Source of the DNA: Desulfatiglandales bacterium
GTDB taxonomy: Bacteria > Desulfobacterota > DSM-4660 > Desulfatiglandales > HGW-15
Assembly: GCA_041685835.1 (NCBI GenBank)
Contig: JAWLEX010000003.1
Coordinates: 1 to 54,146, forward strand
Direction of reading: 5' to 3'
Length of the DNA stretch: 54,146 nucleotides
Below are positions 28,331 to 37,297 of this stretch, piece by piece (the first letter of the stretch is position 1; each line of letters begins with the position of its first letter). A program made the translations under genes and the position numbers. The notes under the pieces were generated by a model. That model worked only from the letters and a program-made list of their open reading frames with translations. It did not search any database and was not told the DNA's origin.

Positions 28331-29050
28331 ATGCGCGTGCACCTCTTCATTCCCTGCCTGGTGGACCAGTTCCGGCCTCAAGCCGGCCTGGGGGCGCAAA
28401 GAATACTACGGTCCCTGGGAATTCGTGTGGACTACACGCCTGAACAGATCTGCTGCGGCCAGCCCTTCTACAAGTCAGGCAGAATTAAGGAGGCCCGGAT
28501 GCTCGCCCGGAAGACCCTGCAGAACTACCGGGACGGAAGGCCGGTTGTCTCGCCCTCCGGATCATGTGTGCTCATGATTCGCCGCCACTACGAGGAGCTT
28601 TTCCCGAACGAACCGCACCTTTTAAGGCGCTCCCGCCACCTGGCGGCTCGAATCTACGAGTTCTCCGAGTTCCTGGTACGGGTATTGGGGGTTACGGACC
28701 TGGGTGCGTCCTTTAACGGCAAGGTCACTCTTCATGATTCCTGCCAGGTGCGGCGGGGCCTGGGGGTCTTTCAAGAACCACGGGCCCTCCTCTCCCGTGT
28801 AACCGATCTGGACTTTCGGGAGATGGCCCGCTCGGACGAGTGCTGCGGCTTCGGGGGCATATTCAGCGCCAAATATCCACGAATCGCCGAGGCCATTGCA
28901 CGCGACAAGATCGAAAACGCACTGGCCGCCGGCGCCTCCATTGTGACAGGGTGCGAAATCAGCTGCCTGCTCCATCTGGAGCGACAGGCCCGGCGCATGG
29001 GCGCGCCCATTCGAACCTTACACCTTACCGAGATCCTGGACGGCGGATGA
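28331..29050 (+). CDS. lutA: lactate utilization protein A (Fe-S oxidoreductase with CCG domains)
   Basis: Two cysteine-rich CCG motifs (EQICCGQPF and DECCGFGG) and LutA-like length. Confidence 0.85.
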   Translation: MRVHLFIPCLVDQFRPQAGLGAQRILRSLGIRVDYTPEQICCGQPFYKSGRIKEARMLARKTLQNYRDGRPVVSPSGSCVLMIRRHYEELFPNEPHLLRRSRHLAARIYEFSEFLVRVLGVTDLGASFNGKVTLHDSCQVRRGLGVFQEPRALLSRVTDLDFREMARSDECCGFGGIFSAKYPRIAEAIARDKIENALAAGASIVTGCEISCLLHLERQARRMGAPIRTLHLTEILDGG

Positions 29051-29057
29051 TCTGCCC

Positions 29058-30461
29058 ATGAAACCTTGCCCCGGGCGCTTCGATAGTCTCAGCCGAAAGG
29101 CCCTTGAAGACCCACACCTTCAGGAGGCCTTGCGCGGCATTGATGAACGGCTGCGGGCCATGCGGGATGCCGCGTTTCAAGAACTCCCGGGCGCGGAGGA
29201 ACTCCGGGAGCAGGCACGCCGCATTCGTGACCACGCGCTGGATCATCTGGACACATACCTGGAACGTTTAGAGGAGAACGTAACCCGCCTCGGGGGAACC
29301 GTGCACTGGGCCGAGGATGCGGCATCCGCGCGCAAGCTGGTGGAGGAGCTGGCAGTATCAAGGGGCGTTCACACCGTGGTCAAGGGCAAGTCCATGGTGA
29401 GCGAAGAGATCGGCCTCAACGATGAACTGGAGGCCATGGGCCTGGACGTGGTGGAGACCGACCTGGGCGAATACATCATCCAATTGGCCCATGAGGCTCC
29501 CTCCCATATCGTGGGACCGGCGATCCACAAGACACGGAACCAGATTGCGGAGCTGTTCCGTGATAAACTGGGGGCCCCTCACATGGACGACCCCGAAGAC
29601 ATTGCTCGATTCGCCCGGGAGACCCTACGGAAGCGGTTCCTGAGGGCGGACATGGGCATCACCGGCGCCAACTTCGTGGTGGCCTCAACCGGTGCCGTGG
29701 TCCTCTTTGAGAACGAAGGCAACATACGTTTGAGCACCACCCTTCCCCGCCTTCACGTGGCGATCACCGGAATAGAAAAGGTGGTGCCGACCTGGGAAGA
29801 CCTGTCCGTTCTCATGCAGCTCCTTCCCCGAAGCGCCACCGGCCAAAAGCTTTCCACCTACGTCTCCCTGCTGATGGGTCCGCGGCGTGCCGGGGAACCG
29901 GACGGCGCGGACGAGTTTCACCTGGTCCTTCTGGATAACGGCCGCACCAATATACTGGCGGACGAGGAGTTCCGGGAGAGCCTCCGCTGCATTCGTTGCG
30001 GCGCATGCCTGAACACCTGCCCCGTATACCTTAAGGCCGGGGGGCACGCCTACGGCTGGGTCTATTCCGGACCCATCGGCTCGGTGCTCACGCCCCAGCT
30101 CATTCAGGATCGGCGGTCCGCTTCCACCCTTCCCTATGCAACCACTCTTTGCGGGGCCTGTGCCGAGGTCTGTCCGGTGAAAATCGATATTCCCCGCATC
30201 CTGACGGGCTTGAGGAGGCGCTACGCCGAGGACCCCGCATGGGGACCTGCACCCCGGATCGAGCGGGGCCTCTTCCGCCTGGCCGGAACGATCCTCAGGG
30301 ACCGGCGCCTATACGAGATAACCGGCCGCACAGCTCGCCGGCTCCGTCCGATTTTTGAGCCCCGGCTTACCGCTTCCCCCTTCCCGCCGCCGGCCGAAAC
30401 ACCTTTTCGTCACATGGTCTCTGCCATGGCCAAAACAGAAAAAGGGGGCAAGGGTGAGTGA
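29058..30461 (+). CDS. lutB: lactate utilization protein B (LUD domain plus 4Fe-4S binding)
   Basis: CIRCGACLNTCPVY and CGACAEVCPV ferredoxin motifs, plus a LUD/DUF162 region. Confidence 0.85.
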   Translation: MKPCPGRFDSLSRKALEDPHLQEALRGIDERLRAMRDAAFQELPGAEELREQARRIRDHALDHLDTYLERLEENVTRLGGTVHWAEDAASARKLVEELAVSRGVHTVVKGKSMVSEEIGLNDELEAMGLDVVETDLGEYIIQLAHEAPSHIVGPAIHKTRNQIAELFRDKLGAPHMDDPEDIARFARETLRKRFLRADMGITGANFVVASTGAVVLFENEGNIRLSTTLPRLHVAITGIEKVVPTWEDLSVLMQLLPRSATGQKLSTYVSLLMGPRRAGEPDGADEFHLVLLDNGRTNILADEEFRESLRCIRCGACLNTCPVYLKAGGHAYGWVYSGPIGSVLTPQLIQDRRSASTLPYATTLCGACAEVCPVKIDIPRILTGLRRRYAEDPAWGPAPRIERGLFRLAGTILRDRRLYEITGRTARRLRPIFEPRLTASPFPPPAETPFRHMVSAMAKTEKGGKGE

Positions 30462-31185
30462 CAGGGAACTGATACTGTCCCGCATTCGAGGTGCGCTCAA
30501 TAAGGCCTCAAGGCCGCCCTCAACGCCCCCTGTTTACGAGGGCTTTACTTCCCCCTTAGCACCGGCTACAAAAGAAATGGTGCGGATGTTTCGAAAAGAG
30601 GCCGAGGCGCAGGACGTTAAGGTCCACGAGGCCTCGGGCCCGCCCGAAGCAGGCCGTACTCTGGGGATCATTTTGAAAGGCCTGAGAGCGAAAACCGTGT
30701 TCGCCTGGAGCGACGCCGTCATGGAACATGCCGGCATCCCTGCCGCCCTTGACGGGCTTGGCATTCGGAACTTGACTCCGGCCTCCGGCCATCAGGGAGA
30801 AGCGCCTGGGCGGGCGGCTTTAGGGAATTCGGCCGCCCTGGCAGACGCCGGCATTACCGGCGCCGACTTCGGGTTGGCGGACACCGGAAGCCTGGTTCTG
30901 CTCTCATCCCCCAAAAAAAGCCGCTCTGCATCGCTGCTTCCCCCGGTACACATTGCCCTGCTTCCGGCAAGCCGTATCCTTCCGCATCTGCCCGCACTCC
31001 TGAATGAACTGCCTCAGGACCCACGGGCCGCACTGGACAGGGGAAGCGCCGTCACACTGATTACAGGCACCAGCAAGACCGCCGACATCGAGCTTACCCT
31101 GGTTCGTGGAGTACACGGGCCGGGTGAGGTCCATGTGATCATATATCACAGTGAACTCTCGGATGATCCGGAAAGGCCGGCATGA
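30454..31185 (+). CDS. lutC: lactate utilization protein C (LUD domain)
   Basis: The GTG at 30454 overlaps the lutB stop by 8 nt and reads VSDRELILSRIRGAL. LUD-type C-terminus ...TGTSKTADIE. The longest ORF (from 30355) overlaps lutB. Confidence 0.8.
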   Translation: MSDRELILSRIRGALNKASRPPSTPPVYEGFTSPLAPATKEMVRMFRKEAEAQDVKVHEASGPPEAGRTLGIILKGLRAKTVFAWSDAVMEHAGIPAALDGLGIRNLTPASGHQGEAPGRAALGNSAALADAGITGADFGLADTGSLVLLSSPKKSRSASLLPPVHIALLPASRILPHLPALLNELPQDPRAALDRGSAVTLITGTSKTADIELTLVRGVHGPGEVHVIIYHSELSDDPERPA

Positions 31186-31215
31186 GAACAGCCGTCTTTT
31201 AGCCATGGGTATGAG

Positions 31216-31704
31216 ATGGACACCGAAAAATTCAAGGAATTGTGTGAGAGCGTAGTACTCGTGGATGAGTTTCCACCCCTCTCGAGACTCAGACAGAAGG
31301 TGGCCGGATGCTACGATCTTTTCGGCATGTGCCCTGAAGGGGAGGTCGTAGGCCTCGATACCATGGGCAATGTGAACTGTCTTAAGGCGGAAATCCTTGA
31401 CAACGGATTCTGGTGCCAGGAAAACGCCTCTTACTGCCCTCTTGATGCGCAGCCGAGCAATATTCTCGGGGTGATCCATCTTCTTAGAGACTTTATGGTT
31501 TCAAACTTCATAACAAAGGAAGGGCTGCTTAAGGACAAGTTAAAAACAGTAAAAGGTAATGATGCGATGGAGACTGAATCCTCCTTTGACATTGCAATGC
31601 CGGATGCGGAATACGATGACGAGGATCTGGGGATCTCCGGTTATCTTTCACATGATGAAAAGGCCAGGAGACGGCGACCGCCTGGAAACGGAGACGACTG
31701 CTGA
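31216..31704 (+). CDS. hypothetical Cys-rich protein with an acidic tail
   Basis: 162-aa ORF with a plausible codon pattern. Preferred over the antisense ORF 30904-31479, which would overlap lutC by about 280 nt. The RBS is weak and I recognise no domain. Confidence 0.4.
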   Translation: MDTEKFKELCESVVLVDEFPPLSRLRQKVAGCYDLFGMCPEGEVVGLDTMGNVNCLKAEILDNGFWCQENASYCPLDAQPSNILGVIHLLRDFMVSNFITKEGLLKDKLKTVKGNDAMETESSFDIAMPDAEYDDEDLGISGYLSHDEKARRRRPPGNGDDC

Positions 31705-31829
31705 CATATACAAGCCACTTTCAAGTTTCAGGAGGAAACTGCCGATAGGAATAAAAGAATCGCGCCCCCCGAAAAACGTCGAAACAGAATTTTAACTCGG
31801 CTGGAATCCACGCCAGGCCACAGGGTGCC

Positions 31830-32777
31830 ATGTCCAAAATCATCCTATTCACGCAGGAGCCGCCTTCCTTGGGTGGTTTATCTGGAGAAACCGGGGCCTT
31901 TCAGGACCATCAGGCCGACATGTCAGCACGCCCGCAGGGGCACATACCCAAGGCGCAGGTGATCGAGAATTTTAAGCGGCTTTACCCGATGCCACACGTG
32001 CTGATCAAGGCCCGTCGCATCATCGCTGATCCGAGAGCCGGCTTCGAGCAACTCGCCGCCGTACTTCAGACGGACCCCGCAGTGGCCGGCAGGATCGTCA
32101 AAGTGGCCAACTCGGCCTACTTCCGCCGAAGCGGCAACATCTCTTCTGTCCGGCAGGCGACCACGCTTTTAGGGATGCGGATCGTCACCCAGATCATCAC
32201 AATGGTGAGCCAGTCCAAAAAGCTGGGGCAGGCCGTCTCAGGCTACGGCATGGAGGCCGGGGTCCTGTGGCGTCACTCACTATCCGTCGCCATCCTGGCG
32301 GAACTTCTAGCCCGACGAACGCGATGGGGGGAGTTATCCGAGGCGTTCCTTGCCGGTTTGATGCACGATGCAGGCAAGATAATCCTTGACTCCTATCTGG
32401 TACAACAGGCAGGCGACGCCCGTCGGCCCGGCCCGGTCTCCGGAGTCGACGCAGTGGACATGGAGATGGGCACCCTCGGGTTCGACCATGCGGACATCGG
32501 GTGTGAACTCTGCATCAAGTGGCAACTCCCGATCATCCTTGCCAATGCCATTCGATTCCATCACATGCCCCATATGTCCGGGCACAACAAACTGGCGTAT
32601 ATCCTCAATCTCGCGGATTATATCGCCCACCGGCTTAACAAGCCGCCCGAAGACTCCGATTCATGGTGCGAGGCGGAAAACGAACTGGCCTACCTTGGGC
32701 TCAGCCTGGAGGATGCGACCGAAACTGCCGCCATGCTGGCGGAGCGCCTGGAGACCCTCGAAGAAGACACTTTCTAG
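31830..32777 (+). CDS. HDOD domain signalling protein
   Basis: HDOD signatures: AAVLQTDPAVAGRIVKVANSAYF, ...TLLGMRIV, GLMHDAGKI and GFDHADIG. Confidence 0.85.
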   Translation: MSKIILFTQEPPSLGGLSGETGAFQDHQADMSARPQGHIPKAQVIENFKRLYPMPHVLIKARRIIADPRAGFEQLAAVLQTDPAVAGRIVKVANSAYFRRSGNISSVRQATTLLGMRIVTQIITMVSQSKKLGQAVSGYGMEAGVLWRHSLSVAILAELLARRTRWGELSEAFLAGLMHDAGKIILDSYLVQQAGDARRPGPVSGVDAVDMEMGTLGFDHADIGCELCIKWQLPIILANAIRFHHMPHMSGHNKLAYILNLADYIAHRLNKPPEDSDSWCEAENELAYLGLSLEDATETAAMLAERLETLEEDTF

Positions 32778-32831
32778 CCCTTATTGAGTCCCGCCTCAAA
32801 GCAAGATCTTCCATAGCTCCGTTGTGAAGGA

Positions 32832-35027
32832 TTATTTTGAAGTAAGCGCTATCGACCCGTCCCATTTCTCGGGAAGGCGCGCCGGGTCCAGGCCTTCCAT
32901 GCGTTTGATAAGGTCCAAAGACGCCGGATCGTCCGGCCGAATAGTCAAGGCTTTTTCAAAACTGTTCCGGGCGGCATTGAAGTCCCGGGCCAGGTAGGCG
33001 TCAAAGCCTTCTTTGTAGGCCTTCACATAAGCCTCCTGTTCCGGTTCCAAGGGTTCGGAGGCCTCCTCCAGCACCTCGTACACCCGCACGGCCTCGGTCT
33101 TTCCCTTTACACGAATAACGTCCAGGAGCCGCGTGCGAAACGCCCCCGGAGTGAGTCCCTCGCAGGTGAATTCAGATATCATCAGGTAGGTGCCATAACG
33201 CTTGTTCGCCCCCTCCAGGCGGGAAGCCAGGTTAACGGCATCACCGATCACGGTGTAATCAAAGACCTGGTCCGATCCCATGTTTCCCACCACCATGGGG
33301 CCGGTATTGATCCCCACCCTGCAGCGCATCTCCGGCAGACCCCTTTCGCGCCACTCAACACGCAGTTCCTTGAGTCTTCGCTGCATCATGAGACCCGCAC
33401 GCACGGCGCAGTCAGCATGGCCCGGCAGGGGAAGCGGCGCGCCGAACTCGGCCATTACAGCGTCTCCCTCGAACTTGTCCACGATGCCGCCCTCATCCAG
33501 AATGATCCGGGTCATCTCGGTGAGATACTCATTTAAGAGATATACGAGATCGGTGGGGCTCATGCCCTCCGATATGGACGTGAACCCGGCAAGGTCGGAA
33601 AAGAGCGCTGTCATCACCCGCTCTTCTCCGCCGAGGGCCAGGAGTTCCGGCTTCACCAGGAGTTGTTGTACGACTTTTTCGGGCACGTATTTTGAGAACG
33701 CATTCTTTATAAAAGACCTCTCCCTGCTGACCCCCCATTCGATCCCTATGACCATGCCGAAGCCGATCACAAGCACGCTCCCGGCGACCGAGACCAACGG
33801 AAAGAGCCTGAAGCCGGCCAGCTCGAACCAGGTCAGAGCAACGAGCATGGAAACAAGGGCCGCCCCGGTCACATAAAGTACCCAAGAGGACCTAAAGACC
33901 GCGGCCCCTCCCATGATAATACCCATGGCCGCCACGAGCAGCAGGGCGTGTTTGAACTCCCAGCTCCTGTAAAACGTGTTGTTGAGCATACCATTCAGCA
34001 GGGCCGCATGGACCAACGCCAGGGGGGCATCCCTCTCGAGGGTGGTCTGCCCCAGATCGGCGGTCCCCACTGATACGTCGCTGAGGATAACAAGATTACC
34101 TTCAAAGTATTCCAGGAGGTTGCCTCGAAGGCCCGGGTTCTCGTAATACTCGAGCAGGCTATGGGCCTCGATTACGGGGAATCCTTGGCCCCACGGCGCT
34201 GGGTAAGGCACGTATGCGCGACCTCTGGAATCGATGGGAATCACCACGTCCCGCTCAAGGAAGCTCCCTTCCAGCGCGGGAATCACAATCCGATTGCCCC
34301 ACTCCACCACGATCCGATCAAAAGGGACTCTCATATAGTCGAGGAACATTGAAAGGCTCAGGGCCGGGGCATAACCTGCTTCTCCAACCCTGATGAGCAT
34401 TAGCGCGTGACGGTAGACCCCGTCCGAATCGCTACGGGCGCTGATGTGCCCTGATCCCATGGCCGAGATGGAAAAGGCGTCCATCTGCATCAGGGCGTAA
34501 GTGGCGTAAAAAGGCCTGGCCTCACCCTGCTCCATGGGTTTAAACAGGACATCGTTCCTGTATCGTTCGTAGGCATGTCCGGATTTCCAGTGAAAGGGGG
34601 CCGGTGTATCGGACAGAGCAAAACCGGCCGGCAGATAGGCAGTGCCAAGGTTTTCCAGGGAAGCGGCAAAAGCCAGGTCCGCCTTTTCCCTGCTCGGCCT
34701 CGCGAAAATGATGTCAAAGCCGACTGCCTCGACGCCTAAGTCGGCCAGAACAGTGTTCACGCGGGCCAGGTCCGACCGGTCGAGTGTATTTGTGCCGAAT
34801 GAGTCGTATGAGGCGTCTGTCACCGCGACAAAAAGAATTTTCGGGGACACGGGCGGGCCTTTTCCATCGCTCACGGCCCTGCGGTAAAAGAGGTCGATAA
34901 GCTGCAAGTCCGCTTCGGTCCAGAAACTCCCCAGCAGTCCCCAAAAACAGATAACAATCATCACCATGCCGGCACAAAGGATCACAGCCAGCCGGAGAAG
35001 CTTCTTACTTTTGAGGCTCGAGGTCAT
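32832..35027 (-). CDS. CHASE2-sensor adenylate/guanylate cyclase with a C-terminal TPR-like region
   Basis: N-terminal TM helix and CHASE2 region, a TM bundle, then a class III cyclase domain (TALFSDLAGFTSISE ... KFEGDAVMAEFG ... RVGINTGPMVVGNMG). Confidence 0.85.
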   Translation of the reverse strand: MTSSLKSKKLLRLAVILCAGMVMIVICFWGLLGSFWTEADLQLIDLFYRRAVSDGKGPPVSPKILFVAVTDASYDSFGTNTLDRSDLARVNTVLADLGVEAVGFDIIFARPSREKADLAFAASLENLGTAYLPAGFALSDTPAPFHWKSGHAYERYRNDVLFKPMEQGEARPFYATYALMQMDAFSISAMGSGHISARSDSDGVYRHALMLIRVGEAGYAPALSLSMFLDYMRVPFDRIVVEWGNRIVIPALEGSFLERDVVIPIDSRGRAYVPYPAPWGQGFPVIEAHSLLEYYENPGLRGNLLEYFEGNLVILSDVSVGTADLGQTTLERDAPLALVHAALLNGMLNNTFYRSWEFKHALLLVAAMGIIMGGAAVFRSSWVLYVTGAALVSMLVALTWFELAGFRLFPLVSVAGSVLVIGFGMVIGIEWGVSRERSFIKNAFSKYVPEKVVQQLLVKPELLALGGEERVMTALFSDLAGFTSISEGMSPTDLVYLLNEYLTEMTRIILDEGGIVDKFEGDAVMAEFGAPLPLPGHADCAVRAGLMMQRRLKELRVEWRERGLPEMRCRVGINTGPMVVGNMGSDQVFDYTVIGDAVNLASRLEGANKRYGTYLMISEFTCEGLTPGAFRTRLLDVIRVKGKTEAVRVYEVLEEASEPLEPEQEAYVKAYKEGFDAYLARDFNAARNSFEKALTIRPDDPASLDLIKRMEGLDPARLPEKWDGSIALTSK

Positions 35028-35042
35028 ATAGATCGCCGATCT

Positions 35043-35425
35043 TTAAAGACCCAGGATCTCGCGGGCGCGCTCTATAACCAGATCCGGGTCAAAGGGCTTT
35101 GCCATGTAGTCCACCGCTCCGCCGGCAAGACCCTCCGACCCTCCTCCCGGTCCGTGACATGTCCCTTGGCCGCAAGCAGGATCATGCGGGTTTCGGCCAG
35201 GTCCGCTCACCCTTTGACGGAACGGCACACTCTGTATCCGTTCATGCCGGGCATCATGATATCAAGAAAAACGAGCGATGGCCTTTCTTTTTCTATGGCG
35301 GCGAGTCCCTCTTCCCCGTTTGAGGCCGAAAGCACCCTCACGCCATGCCCTTCTCCCAGTTCCTCCAGGGTCTGCTCCAAAAGCGGACGTATGTGGATCT
35401 CGTCGTCCACAATCAGGATCTTCAT
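35043..35425 (-). pseudogene. single-domain response regulator disrupted by an in-frame TGA and an 8-bp tandem duplication
   Basis: Reads MKILIVDDE...FLDIMMPGMNGYRVCRSVKG, then TGA (35207-35209), then ADLAETRMILLAAKGHVTDREEG in the same frame. A frameshift follows at GACCCTCC/GACCCTCC (35129-35144). Removing one copy restores ...DREEGLAGGAVDYMAKPFDPDLVIERAREILGL. Confidence 0.7.
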
Positions 35426-35523
35426 CCCGGGCTCCTTCTCCACTGCCCGCCCAGAAATGCCTTTGGGGCGCCGGGACCTTTCCAATCCCTAAACTTGAAA
35501 ACCCTCTAAGACGATCGCGCTGC

Positions 35524-37275
35524 CTACATCCTTCTGTAGGGTATCGCCGCCGGGAGCGAGAACATGAACCGACTTCCCGAACCAAGGCTTGATCGGGCCT
35601 TGATACAACCTCCGTAATGCTCTGCGATTTCACGGCATATGGGAAGTCCCAGACCGTTCCCCGCGGTCCGATCCGGCGCGGGCTCCCCCTGGTGAAAGCG
35701 ATCGAAAACCCTTTCCAGGTCTTCGGGACCGATTCCGACTCCCGTATCTTCCACCAAGACATGCACTTCTCTTTGACCGCCTGCACGGGCCGTAACTCGC
35801 ACCTTACCCCTGGCGGTGAACTTGAATGCGTTGCCAAGCAGGTTCACGATCACCTGGATTATCCGGTCCTGGTCAGCTCGTACCGGCGGCAGGGGATCTT
35901 CCACCTTGACAATCATTTCCACGTCCGCCCGCCGCTCCACAGCCCCTTCCATCAAGCGAGCCGCCTGCTCCACACAAAGGCCCAAATCGAGCATCTCGTC
36001 ATTCCATTCCATGTGTCCGGATTCAATGCGGGCCAAGTCGATCACATTATTGACAAGGCGCGTCAGGCGCTCCCCTTCTCGTTCAATTATATTGAGATTG
36101 GCCTTTATCTTCTCAGCCTTGACCCGGTCCTTACCCTCCAGGAGGATCCCAAGGGAAACAGCCCGTGTGAAATCCCGCTTCACGAGCCGTGCAAAACCCA
36201 GGATTGAGGTCAGAGGCGTTCGAAGCTCGTGGCTCACGGACGAGAGAAAGTTTGACTTCATGCTGTCCAGCTCTTTGAGCCGCTCGTTCGCCTTCGCCAG
36301 TTCACGTGCCTTTGTAGCGAGGTCACGTGTCCTGGCGGTCACCTGCGCTTCCAGGTCCCTTCTAAGAGCAATGATTTCACGAATCGATCCGTTGAAGTCA
36401 ACCGCAAACTCCACAAGTTCCTTCTCGTTGTTGCCTAGGTGAAGAAGCCCTCCACCTCCCCGGCCGGCGCTCCGGGCAGCCAGCAATATCTCATCGAATG
36501 CGGCCTTGACCGAACGAAGGTAGAGGGAGACCAGCAGCATAACTGTGAGGAAAGTGATAACGAGGAATCCTGCCGACGGGAGCAGTGACGCCCTACAGAA
36601 CCAGAGGAAGTATATAAGCATTCCCATGCTGAAGAAGACGACGGCCACTGCAAAGCCGATCTTGCCCCTCAGGCCCATGCCGTAGACGCGGGGAATAGTT
36701 GCCCCTCGCCTGGTCAGTGCTCTTCGGCATGCGCTCCTGAGATCTGCACTCAATGTTTCCGTAATCACGTAGCATAAGTAGCAGTAGAGGACCCCTGCAA
36801 TGACGCCGCCGGCGATCCCGCTTGCCAGATGCCGCAGGGAGCCGCTGAATACAAATTCGACACCCAGGGAAGGGATCGTGACCCCTATGGCGACGGCTAC
36901 AGCTACGGTCATGTGGTAGCGCGGAAACTCGGCGAGTTGTTTCAAGAGCAGCTCAAGTGCGCCGGGCTCAAGAAGCGTTCCGTCCTGAAACCGCCTATAT
37001 GATTCGTTGATGCGTCTAGGCAGCTCCAGCCCCGCGCGAATCCCGGCCCGCTCTAACACACCGAACCCCACGGCGTGAAGCAGGGTAAAGAGGACCAGCA
37101 TCCCTCCTGTGGTCAGGCCGAATGCCTTGATGGTCTCAGGCGCGAACTGCTCCACAGACAAGTAGAAAATAAAAAATGCATATGAAGTAGCAAAACATCC
37201 ACTAATAGCAACAAATGGAACGAAGGAAAAACAATATGAAGTCCTCTCTACTAAAGCTGAAAATAGTTTAAGCAC
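35524..37275 (-). CDS. membrane sensor histidine kinase (HisKA plus HATPase_c)
   Basis: Multi-TM N-terminus, H-box SHELRTPLTSI, N/G boxes (NLLGNAFKFT and DTGVGI...GNGLGL). GTG 37275 has AAAGGAG 10 nt upstream. Confidence 0.85.
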   Translation of the reverse strand: MLKLFSALVERTSYCFSFVPFVAISGCFATSYAFFIFYLSVEQFAPETIKAFGLTTGGMLVLFTLLHAVGFGVLERAGIRAGLELPRRINESYRRFQDGTLLEPGALELLLKQLAEFPRYHMTVAVAVAIGVTIPSLGVEFVFSGSLRHLASGIAGGVIAGVLYCYLCYVITETLSADLRSACRRALTRRGATIPRVYGMGLRGKIGFAVAVVFFSMGMLIYFLWFCRASLLPSAGFLVITFLTVMLLVSLYLRSVKAAFDEILLAARSAGRGGGGLLHLGNNEKELVEFAVDFNGSIREIIALRRDLEAQVTARTRDLATKARELAKANERLKELDSMKSNFLSSVSHELRTPLTSILGFARLVKRDFTRAVSLGILLEGKDRVKAEKIKANLNIIEREGERLTRLVNNVIDLARIESGHMEWNDEMLDLGLCVEQAARLMEGAVERRADVEMIVKVEDPLPPVRADQDRIIQVIVNLLGNAFKFTARGKVRVTARAGGQREVHVLVEDTGVGIGPEDLERVFDRFHQGEPAPDRTAGNGLGLPICREIAEHYGGCIKARSSLGSGSRFMFSLPAAIPYRRM

Positions 37276-37297
37276 AGGATCAGGACTCCTTTATCTA

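Noticed and set aside
30904-31479. A 191-aa minus-strand ORF opposite the 31216-31704 ORF.
   Set aside because: It would overlap the well-supported lutC gene by about 280 nt, and its downstream half is plainly the antisense of lutC. The plus-strand ORF is preferred, though itself of low confidence.
35207-35209. The in-frame TGA in the response regulator might be a selenocysteine or recoding site.
   Set aside because: The position is a non-conserved loop of a receiver domain. I saw no SECIS-like hairpin immediately downstream. Many other genes here end in TGA. The same gene also carries a frameshifting 8-bp duplication. A pseudogene or sequencing error is the simpler explanation.
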